DNA from: Paragordius varius | Lineage: Eukaryota > Animalia > Nematomorpha | Direction of reading: 5' to 3' | Assembly: GCA_964247055.1 (NCBI GenBank) | Contig: OZ176051.1 | Coordinates: forward strand, 14,756,001-14,820,000 | Length of the DNA: 64,000 bases | The notes under the pieces: generated by a model | Told to the model about the DNA's origin: nothing | What the model saw: only the letters and a program-made list of their open reading frames with translations | Databases searched by the model: none | Shown here: positions 53,413-64,000 of the stretch, one piece after another | How positions within the stretch are numbered: position 1 is the stretch's first letter | How the letters are laid out: each line of letters starts with the position of its first letter | Made by a program: the position numbers and the translations under genes

Positions 53413-53974
53413 CACTTGGATACAACACACTCATTTTAGTCCTTCGATTCAAATTGGGGTAGTTGGATACCCCAGGCCTTTTTAAAAACAAATACTTTAA
53501 AAAGTATGGAAATATTCTAAACCATGGCAAAATTTTGCACTTATATAACATTTATAAACCGAAATATATAAAAAATTTTATTCAAAAATACTTGATATTA
53601 CTTATTTTAAGCTAAACCCAAAGGTAAAAATTTTGTCAACGTGACATGTGTCAAATTGTAAAATTAAAAAACAAAATAAACCGCTTTTCTATATCAATGT
53701 TAGATGTAAAGTATATAAAAAATTAGCTTTAGTTTTACCCTTAAAATCAAATGAAGACGATATTTTGCAAAAATTTTGTAAAATAAAAATGGCGTCGAAG
53801 TAGTTTGGAACTTTTTTATCAAAACAAAATTTTATCAAGATATTTTGGCATATTTATATAATTTTTATCAGGATAGAAGCATAAATTTAAATTGAGACCG
53901 TTTCCTTCAGTATTTTTTTAAAAATATTAATTTAAATTTAGTCTGGGGTATTTAGATACCCCAATATCGAAGTG
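53413..53974. mobile_element. piggyBac-like MITE nested in the long-TIR element
   Basis: TTAA on both sides (53409-53412, 53975-53978), ends CACTT...ATCGAAGTG, and subterminal GGGGTA...TACCCC inverted motifs. A second copy starts at 63757. Confidence 0.75.
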
Positions 53975-54084
53975 TTAATGTTATAATAATAAATTTCATA
54001 AAATGATAATATTTTTAAATTTATTAATGTTAATGGATAATAAACTCTGTGTTTGAATTAATATTAACAATGATACAAAATAAA

Positions 54085-54430
54085 AAAAAATTTGAAATTT
54101 GTTATAAACCGCAATTTTTACCTGTATTTATTAAAATGACTAAATAAATTAATTACAAATAACAATGCAAATCCTAAAAAACAAAAACTTAATTTTTATT
54201 AAATTTATTAAAAACTGCAATTTTTACCTGTTAAAATGTCCACAATATGTAATTAATTACAATTACCAATGAAAAAAAAATAAATTTGAAATTAACCGCC
54301 ATTTTTACCTGTATTTTAAAATTTCCAATATGTAGTAATTAATTACAACAATGCAAATCCTAAAAAACAAAAAAATTAAATTTGACTAAATTTAAAAGCC
54401 GCAATTTTTACCTGATTAAAATGTAAACAC
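54085..54430. repeat. AT-rich tandem repeat, ~4 units of ~80-105 bp
   Basis: Core AA(A)CCGCAATTTTTACCTG recurs at ~54107, ~54214, ~54294 and ~54397. Confidence 0.75.
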
Positions 54431-56289
54431 ATAAAAATTAACCATGAAAAACATAAAAACAAAACCAATCTATAATCTAATTAAATTTTCACAAATATAT
54501 AACCTGTATTTTAATTACTAATAACAACTATTTAAAATAATAATACCAATTTTGATTAATACAGGTATTTATCATGTTGAGTAATAGTAATTAAATTTAA
54601 TTAATCAAAAATAATATTAAAATACCCATTTTACTATTTATTAAATTATTAAGAATAAATACCCTCAAAATTCCGCATCTAAATTCGTAACAACAATATT
54701 TTAAATGTTAACATAAATTGCTGTAATATTCTCAAAATTTAACATACAAAATATTCATCAAATTAATTATGTTAATTCTCACGTCAATCCTCTTTCATAT
54801 GTGTACTGCGAAATAAATTTTTTAAAAAAATCAACATATAAATTTTGCTAAAAGATTAACAAAAATATTACCATTCCCCTATAACAATTTTAAGATTTCA
54901 TTTTTTACTAAAGATTTCCAACGCCCTTCCCCACACTTCTTTTACTTTTTTAAAGAATATGATATGGTAATACCATATAGCTCTTGTTTTTATATTCTTT
55001 ACCAAATATTAATACCCAATTAACGAAAAAAAGTAAATCTTTAACAATATAAAGTCTACATGACTGTATATGATTTTTAGTAATATTCCGGGAAAAAAAC
55101 AAATGAATGCCTTTTTTGCTTTTCTGTTAGTTCAACATTTCAGTTTATATTTATTTGTATGTTTATATTTTTTATTTGTTGGAAAAAACTTTAACAATAT
55201 ATCATGATTCATATAATCACGTACAATACATAATAAATAAATTTGCATGTTTAAAAGTAATTCTTATTTATAAATAATATATATCAAATTAATATTATAT
55301 ATTTATTATTTTATTAATTATTTTATAAATATACTTGATTTATTCCTAAAATTAATATTTACATTTTTTAATTAATATTAACATATATTTATTATTTTAT
55401 TAATTATACTATAAATATACTAATTTATTCCTAAAATTAATATTTACATTTTTTAATTAATATTAACATTAAATTTTTCCATTTTGTTATGTATAAAAAA
55501 TGGTATGGTGCCTGCACGTCTCTTAATTTTTCATTGTTTTGAAATGCTATTTTTTGGAGCTAAGTTTCGTTTTTTCTAAATAAATCAAAAAGTAGTAGAG
55601 ACTTTTAAAAATTTTAAAATGTTACATGAATTTTCAAATAGAATTTGTAATATCCTCCAAAAAATAAATAATAAGCTACAAGATTTAAAAAATTATAGGG
55701 TTACAAAAACAGGCATTTTTGATGGTTTTTGAATTTTTAAAACCTTTTAGCGGCTCGCGAAAAAGTGCTAAGAAAATATTAAATATATCATTATTTTCAG
55801 AAAAAAATTCTCTATAAGATGTAGTAATTTTCACTCTGGTCTAAAAAACGCACAGTGTAATTAATAAATTTTTTAGAATAAAATTATTTTTTTTTCAAAA
55901 TCCGACACCACTTAACTATGCTGTGCATCTGCCCCCCCCCCCCCCCCCAAGCCACGTTTAAAACAGGAGTGATTTTAAAACTGTAACCATTACATGTAAA
56001 TGCATATTGATTTTTATTCAAAGGTAAAAATAAATAATTTTTAACACATCATACAATCATTTCGGAAAATATAATTTTAATAATATATTTATTAAAAATA
56101 ATAAAATAAATTGTTTTGCGACATCATACATTCTTAAAAACAAAGTTATACGGCATGCGAAGTAGAGGCTAGAGTTTTTCAAATTAATTTTTTATATGAG
56201 TTTATAAAAATGCACTAAAGCACGGGTCGCCAACCTAGGGCTCTGAGTCAATTGATTTGCTATCTGAAAATGCTAAAGTTTTTGATGAA

Positions 56290-57040
56290 AGACTGTTGCA
56301 TCAATATCAAGTGAGCCAAGTCATATATTAAACCGCCTGGCGAAATGTGGTTCGAATCAAATCTCCCCCAAACTAACCCCCACACACTCCATCTAGCTTA
56401 TTACTAAAAATTGGCGGTTTTGGCTATGAGTGGTGAAAAACAAAATAATAAGATAATCTAGTAAGACCGTTACATGAAAATCAAGTGAGTCAAGTCTTAC
56501 GTTATACCGGGGGGGGGCAAAATCTGGTTTGAATTCACTCTCAGTTACATTAACCACCACCGTACACACCATTATATTATTACTGAAAATTGGCGGCTTT
56601 AATGATGAATGCTTAAAACAAAATATTACGATAATCTAGTAAGACTGTTACATCAAAATCAAATGAGCCAAGTCTTATTTCAAAGCGCCTTTCGATATCT
56701 ATTTCGAATCAAATGTCTCTCAAGCTAACCCACACACACTCCATCTATCTTTGGAAAACAATTAATACGATAATCTAGTAAGACCGTTACATCAAAATAA
56801 AATGAGTCACGTCTTATATTTAACTATCTAGCGAAATCTGATCCGAATCCAATCTCCCCAAACTAACCACCAACACTCCATCTAGCTTATTACTGGAAAA
56901 TGACGGTTTTGGTGATGAGTGGATGTAAAATAATATCATGCGATAATCTAGCAAGACCTTTACATCAAAATCTGAGGCAAGTCTTACATACAAAAATCTA
57001 GTTTGGATAAAATGCCCCCCAAACTATCCTTCACCTTACC
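56290..57040. repeat. Diverged tandem array, ~5 units of ~140-180 bp
   Basis: GAC(C/T)GTTACATCAAAAT...GAGCCAAGTC...CGAATCAAATC...AACTAACC...CCATCTA...GATAATCTAGTAA recurs at ~56291, 56465, 56643, 56782 and 56954. Confidence 0.85.
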
Positions 57041-57709
57041 ATCCAACTTGGTCATATTATCTTATAAAATAAATAATTAATTTTAATCTCATATAATATT
57101 GAGTTTTTTTTACAATATAATTTTCATGCCTTGTATGAATCAAATAAAGCAAACCACGATTCCATATCCCATTTTGCGAGAACCCAATTTTTTAAACCAA
57201 ATTAAAAGTTATTGTCAAATTCTGTTTTAAATTAAAACTAAAACCATTTTTATTTGACTAGAATACTTGTCAAAATGATAATTATACAAAAACGTTTTAA
57301 TCAAAGCCAATCATAATTTTTTAAAATATAACTCATCGTGTTGCTAAGTATAAATTTAATAGTCAATTGTTAACCATATTAATATATATATAGTTGCAGG
57401 AAATATTAAGTTTTAAATAGTATCGTTATCTTTTAAAAATATTTTTTTTAATTTTTACCTTTGACACTTTGAATAAATTGGAATATTTAGCATATTTGTA
57501 TAAAAAAATGAAATAAGATTCTAATTTAAATTTATGCTCTCCAAAAATAATTATGAAAATAAGCCAAAATAGTTTTGAAAAAAGTTCCATATAAAACTAT
57601 TTTGGGGGCCATTTTTATTTTATAACGTTTTCGCAAAATATCGTGCTTTTATTCTTCTACCGTTGAATTAAGGATTTTTTTTGTAATCACATCTTACATT
57701 TATATAAAC

Positions 57710-60027
57710 CAGTGATACTCAAACCGCGGGCCGCATGCGGCCCTAAGAGTGCTTTAAAATTGCCCTATGACCATATAGATACTTAAATTATTTTTTTTAT
57801 TGATGAAATTTTAAAATACACATAATCGGATTTTCGCTTAGTTTAATATAATTTATTTTATTTAGATTTACTTGGTATTTTTATTTTTACCCAATTTGAA
57901 ATGTAGAAAAATGTCTCTACATTAAAATGATTTCAAAATTTTGGAACACGTTGTTTTTGTTTTTGTTTTTGTTTCTGCATTCTATTTTCTTTTCTATTTT
58001 AAAATTATTGCATTCCTTTTTTGTATTTAAGCAATCCTTTCACCCAAAACTGCATATACTTATTCTTTTCATTGCTATCCTGCATCATTTTATATAAATC
58101 ACATCATAAAATTTTAATCTGTTTTTTTATGCATAATTCAAATTATATTCCCATTTTTTTGAAAAAAATTTACACAATATTTAAACATAAATTCAAAGGA
58201 TGACATCTAATGGTGAAATCTTTAATTATCCGATGAAAATCGCTCCTTTTAAAAAGAGAATGGGAAGAAAAAATTTTGTCGTCTTAAATAAAAATGTCAC
58301 CTGCCTTATATGTAAGGACAACATTATTAAAATAAAATATTGAAAGACATTTTACAATCCAGCATTCTCACAAACCAGAAAATCATGAGGATAGAAACGA
58401 ATAAAAGATTAAGGAAATATACCAGGAAGAAAATCTATTATGTCCATAGCTTTTTCCCAGGAAAAAACTGTAACATTAACTTCGTATGAAATTTGCTATA
58501 TTTTAGGAAAAAATATGAAACCGTTTACTGATAGTCAACTAATAAAAGAATGTCTAATAAATGGTTGCACTTTTTTATTTGACAAATTCTATAATAAAGA
58601 TCTAATCATGAGGCAAATTAAAATACTCCAATTTTCTGATTCAACATGTGATGGACGCATTATCTAAATATATTTATTGGCTCTGAAAAACTGCAAATAT
58701 TTGAGTATTGCTATTGATTGATCACTGATATTAGTTCAGCTCCACAGTGTGCGCTCTTGTGATTGCAACGACAACATTATCAACGGGGAATATTTATTAT
58801 TTTTACCAATATATAATACCACGAAAGAGAGATTTTCTCGAATAATTAGCACTTTTATCGATAATAATGGTATATCTATGAAAAAATTGGTTTTGATCTG
58901 CACAGATGGCTGTCCCTCTATGATTGGAAACAAAGGATTTATTCCTCTTTTGAGAAACAAATATAATTTGCAAAATATTTGATCATTTCACTGCTTTATT
59001 CATAAGCAAAACCTGGTTTCGAGTGTAAAAATGAATACTCAATTCTCAGTAATTTAAAAAGGGTTGTGGATATAGTAAACCACAGGGGCAGAGATTGTAC
59101 CGCCGTAAATTCAAAAACCCTCTGAAAGATATCCACAGTGAGTTTGATTATATTCTTTTGTATACCACTGGGAGATGATAGATTTTTTGTTTTAAGACAT
59201 GAAATATTAATTATAGATGATAACAGAAAGTTTGACGAGGAAATTAATAGTGACGAATGGTGGGTTTTATTAGCCTACCTTTGTGACATTACTTAACTTA
59301 GTATTTTAAATACAGTCAAGGGAGATAAATAATAATCCAATTTGCTAATGGAGATTAATTTAATCATAGATTATTTAGTTTTATCTAATGAGATGAAATT
59401 CAGATTTCAGGAATTAAGAAATATTCTTAAAATTCGTTGAAAATCCCTGGCATATGGATATATCCAATATTAAGCAACCTGAGCATTTCAGTTTTGATCA
59501 GGTGGTATCATTGAAAAATTCGTAGATTTTAAATATAATTTCAATATGGAGGCTATATTCAAGGAGAATCGTAAATTAGAAATATATGTAGAGTTTTTGT
59601 GCCAAATAAATATGAAAATATAAATGTGCTCAAGTTATCCTAACTGTTTTTCCCTACCCTTACACGTTTGAGACGGCATATTAATGAAGTATGCCAAGAA
59701 TACACACATAAATCGCTTAACCGATGATCATATGGACGACGTATTAAGATTGGCCTGTCATGAGGCGAAACCAAATTTGTTAAAAATTATTGGTTAATAT
59801 CAAAATAAATGTTGTTATCAAAATATTTTAATTTTTTAAACTAAATGGTGAAAAACGAGTTTTTAGCTGGATTACATCCGCAAAAAAATCATTGTGCTGA
59901 TTTAAAGTATTAAATATGTGCATATGTGTCAAATAGCTATAGGATATTTGCCAGTATAAAGTTCATGGCCCTCGAAAAAAAAATATATTTAATTTGGCCC
60001 GTCAAATTTTTTTGGTGAGTACCACTG
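57710..60027 (+). mobile_element. hAT DNA transposon (Charlie/SPIN/Buster-like), both ends intact, transposase decayed
   Basis: TIRs CAGTGATACTCA / TGAGTACCACTG and a perfect 8-bp TSD ATATAAAC (57702-57709, 60028-60035). Transposase remnants: KPFTDSQLIKECL, TDGCPSMIGNKGF, FHCFIHKQNL, LLAYLCDI. Confidence 0.92.
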
Positions 60028-60650
60028 ATATAAACTGTATAAGTGGTTTACTTTGCATTATTTTTATATTAATGTTACACGTGTTTAGGCTAAATTGTTT
60101 AATTCAGGTTTATAGCAAAAATATTTAATTATTCAAGTTATATTGAAATCTATTTAATATTTCGATATTGTTGTATAACTTTTAAAATGGCTTCAAATTA
60201 TTCCATATTTTTTATATTATTTCATTTAAAACAAGCCTGGGATCCCTAACGGCCCGATTTGAACAAATAACTGAAATCAATGTGTTGTATTCAAGTGTTA
60301 ATCTGTATAATTTGCTTTACTCTAAAATTGTAAATTTAGACTATCATCTAACGAAATCGGGAGATATGAAAAATATCCTGATGAAGAGTAAATATTGGGA
60401 TTATGTATGATCTTCCTGCTGCTTTTTATTTTTGGTTTTAACGATTGATTTAAAAAAGTTATTTACAATTTTAAGAAATTGCAAATCGAAAAATATGAAA
60501 TTAGGGCATATATTAGATTAGATTTTCTAAATAATAAAAATAATGATATGATAAATTATATTTGTCATTAAAAAATCTCAGATTTAGGATCTAATAAACA
60601 TATAACCTACTAATTATTGGACGTATTTATATTGTACGTGTGACCCCCAC

Positions 60651-60800
60651 CAGATGCGTAGCTTGCATTTCTGGCGCCCGATGCATGAAACGCGATCTCT
60701 TTATGCGACCCCTGCTTTTAAAACAATATCGAATTTAAACCGTGGTCATGCACTCATAAATGATAACTTTTAAATACCTATTTTCCTAAAATAAAATTAA
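60651..60800. mobile_element. Truncated copy of the CAGAGGCGTAGC hAT MITE family
   Basis: CAGATGCGTAGCTTGCATTTC... and AACCGTGGTCATG...CTCATAAATG are shared with the copies at 25245 and 28439. Confidence 0.6.
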
Positions 60801-62554
60801 ATTTTTTATAAGGAGAAAAAACGAAAAAAATATAAAACTGCACTAATTCAGTAAATATTTTAAAAATTATTTTAAATTCATTGCATTTCTTAATAATCAA
60901 ACAAATTAAGTTAAGCATAAATAATTTAGAGTTATGGACACTTATTAAGCCGCATGCGGCTTTTGAGTATCACAGATTTAGACAATTTTTTGATTGGGAA
61001 AACTGAGCCACCAACTTTGAATCCAAACATGGGGCTGGTTTAAGAAATTCAGCATAAAATACAAGCACACCATTTTTCAGTCAAAAGCAACATTTTTCAT
61101 ATGCGAATATATAAAGTTAGCGTGAAAAATTAAACGTTTTTAAACAGTATTTTTTAAAAATTCAATCTTTTTAACTAAAATTTATCGACACTAATTTTCC
61201 AAATATCTGATCTAATTATAGTTTGGACCAGGGGTGGCCAACACATGGTTCTGTGAGACTTTTATGCGACCCGCAAAAAATTTGGAAATACATAAATTAT
61301 TGATATTTCCTAAACAATTTTGCTAAATAAGCCTATCCAATTGGCTAGAAGTAAAAAAATCCTATATTATGGTTGCATTTTCTAGTTTAATGTCTGAAAT
61401 CTGATAATTTTCTCATGAATACCCATATATATTTCGAATGCGGCCCGCGAAGCCATTTGTCTTATAATCCTTGGTTTAGACGCTTTACATTACAAATGTT
61501 ATTGAAGCATAAACTAGTCATATCATATATTACAACTATGATTCGCCAAGTTCTAAAATTATATGTATAACAGTTAAAAGCATAATTGCAAATTTATTTT
61601 CAGATTCTGCATCTTTGAATTACTTAATATAAGTTGTGCATTTTGCAATTATAATACAACTAAGGGTAATAATAAATGGTATAACACCATAAAATTATAT
61701 ATAAAAGTTTTTATTAATATTAAACTATTCTCTGTTACAGGTTTCACAATCATCATTTTTTTAAATATTCCAATAAATACGAGGGGTCTAAAATTTTGAT
61801 ACCTTATATGATGTTTTTTTCTTTGGTAAATATTTTTGTGCAGTCTCATTATTAACTCTGGAGCTGTTCCTAAAATGCACCTATTTTTTCTTGTTCGGAG
61901 TCCGATTTAGGGGCATACACACTCATATATGTTAAGTTAATCGGGCTAGCATTAAATCTGATGCGAATGATTCGAGAATTGTATAAATTAAACGAATTGA
62001 CATATTTATTATTTTCTTTATTTAATATTACACCAACACCCTCTATCCTTCCTTCATTTCATCATGTCCGATTTATACATACAATTTTCTTCATTATATA
62101 AAACACCAATGCCGTTGTAAAGGGTTTCAGTGATACCCAAAATGTTTAATTAGATTTTTTGCATGTTTTTTTTAGTCCAACCGCTGACGTTCCAATTTCC
62201 TTACGCCTTTTATGTATTATTTTAATTTTTGGCATATTTTTATGAACTAATTTGCCCGGGCGTTGTTCAATCATACTTGTGTAGTATGGATTCAGTGTTT
62301 ACAAACAATTTCTTAGCTTCAAAGATATCTTGATAACATAATCAAATCAAATCAATCTTAATCACAGATTAGGTATTTACATAACAAAATAAACAGAATC
62401 ATTTATGATTATGAGATTATGTTATATTTTGGAAATATTGATTTTAACAAACAATAAAAGGCATTAAAATAATTATTTTGTTTATTGGTCTTTCTAATAT
62501 TATCTGAAAAGAATAAAAGGGAAAAAATATAATTAACAACAAAACAAAAAAGTC

Positions 62555-62988
62555 AAAGGACCAACTTGAAATGTTCAAGGACCAACTTGAATTTTTCCAG
62601 GACCAACTTGAAGTGTTCAAGGGCACTCTTGAAGTGCAAATGATATAATAACCCAGAAAACTTATATATTTTTTCATTTCGTGTTAAAATCTTATAATCC
62701 AAAATAATTTTAGGAAATTAATTAAGATATACGGTTTCTCAATGATTTGAAGTTGATATTGATTTTATATTTATGTTAAATAATAGAAACGAAGTTTAAA
62801 ACGATAAAAGTGATGAATGATATACGATTTGGTGCATAAAAGTTTAAAAACAAAACATCAAAGGACCAACTTGAAGTGTTCAAGGACTAATTTGAAGTGT
62901 TCATGGGCCACCTTGAGTGTTCAAGAACCAACTTGAAATCAAGGACCATCTTGAAGTGTTCAAGGACACTCTTGAAGTGCAAATGGTA
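62555..62988 (+). repeat. Two blocks of the 21-bp GGACCAACTTGAAGTGTTCAA repeat
   Basis: Blocks at ~62556-62645 and ~62862-62990, each ending CTCTTGAAGTGCAAATG(G/A)TATA as at 48902. Confidence 0.85.
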
Positions 62989-62993
62989 TACAG

Positions 62994-63024
<31 letters not shown>

Positions 63025-63399
63025 GCTTAACCATGCTATTCATTTCAAAACCAACATAAATACAATATTTTCTCTATGGATATTAACATCGAAGTTATTT
63101 CCAAGGGTATAATTAGCTCAATACACAATAAAGACAATCTATCAGAAAAAACTCTTTATGACAGTTTGCGTTTGTTATAAATACCATGGTCATTTCAAAT
63201 TTAGTTTAAAATATTTTTTAGAATCGGGCCTAATATAAAAATACGCTTTCTTTAGCCTTTCAACGCATGATACAAAATAATATTTTAAAAAGGCAAAATT
63301 GTAAAAAACCCTCACTCAAACTTTTAGCCGCTTTTATATATTTAAAAATTATCCGCGAATAAAACAGGAAATAGTTTGATTCGTGGATTAAAAACATAT

Positions 63400-63560
63400 C
63401 AAGGCGTATCAAGAAAAGGGTGTAGCAGACCCACGTCGCCACTGTCCACAAAAGACGTCCCTTGCTGCCTTCTTCCATACACACCAGTCAATGGTGGTTC
63501 ATTCACTGACAGCCGTCTAGTTGCGTTAGGGGTCGAGTTGACTTCTAGGGATATACTGAT
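63400..63560 (-). mobile_element. Probable 3'-end fragment of an RTE-type LINE
   Basis: GC-richer island whose minus strand reads WKKAARD..W, like RTE ORF C-termini. Short. Confidence 0.4.
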
Positions 63561-63756
63561 AAGGTTTATAAAAGACATATATAAAATATAATGAAGGTAT
63601 ATTTGGCATTTACAGGTAAAATAAATCCTATCGGCTATATCCTAATTATTATATTAATTGTTTAATTGATCTAATATTCTTAAAAATTAATATATAAATA
63701 TTCTAATTCAACCCAATGCTTATTCATTATACTCATCCAGTATTTATATTGTTTAA

Positions 63757-64000
63757 CATTTGGATAGAACACATTCATATTCCTTCGATTCAAATTGGGG
63801 TAGGTAAGTACCCCAGGCCTGTTTAAAATAAACTATTTCAAAAAATATGAAATGAATGAAAACAATGGCAAAAATTTGCAGATTTATAACATTAATGAAC
63901 CGAAATATATAAAAACATTCAAAAATCCTTGATATCAATGTTAGTGTGATTTAAATGAAAAATTAGCTTATATTTTAGCTTTAAAATAAAAAAAACACGA
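63757..64000 (+). mobile_element. piggyBac-like MITE, second copy, cut by the window end
   Basis: Preceded by TTAA and colinear with the copy at 53413 (CCTTCGATTCAAATTGGGGTAG...TACCCCAGGCC). Confidence 0.75.

Larger units (their letters stand above)
52957..55857. mobile_element. ~2.9-kb non-autonomous DNA transposon with ~330-bp TIRs (CACTGTGC...GCACAGTG)
   Basis: 52985-53312 is the near-exact reverse complement of 55518-55848. Flanks read TAA| and |TAA. The interior has no transposase, only a nested MITE and tandem repeats. Confidence 0.85.

Noticed and set aside
62555-62988. CRISPR-like appearance of the 21-bp repeats
   Set aside because: Units are head-to-tail with no unique spacers, there are no cas genes, and the context is eukaryotic.

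Overview
Very AT-rich, intron-containing eukaryotic DNA, most consistent with an invertebrate animal; the taxon cannot be fixed from this window. Roughly 0.2-26 kb holds a tandem cluster of three highly divergent M13 (neprilysin/ECE-like) zinc metallopeptidase genes on the + strand. Copies 1 and 2 are pseudogenes. Copy 3 (8256-26014) is nearly complete and keeps HExxH (HEMMH), but hosts two RTE-clade LINEs, one of which appears to sit inside the exon carrying the third zinc ligand. The rest is a dense transposon landscape: a decayed Ty3/Gypsy LTR element with an odd LTR-plus-flank duplication and an adjacent empty-site paralogue, a complete but decayed hAT element with an 8-bp TSD, hAT/piggyBac/Tc1-like MITEs, long-TIR foldback-like elements, LINE debris and tandem repeats. 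It also carries decayed remains of an LRR protein, a probable ionotropic (glutamate)-receptor-like protein and an unidentified tandemly duplicated hydrophobic protein. I found no rRNA, tRNA or CRISPR array and no clearly new biological system. The best leads are the divergent neprilysin-like family and the unidentified duplicated membrane-protein-like unit. All translations, alignments and exon models were done by eye, and coordinates of decayed elements are approximate.
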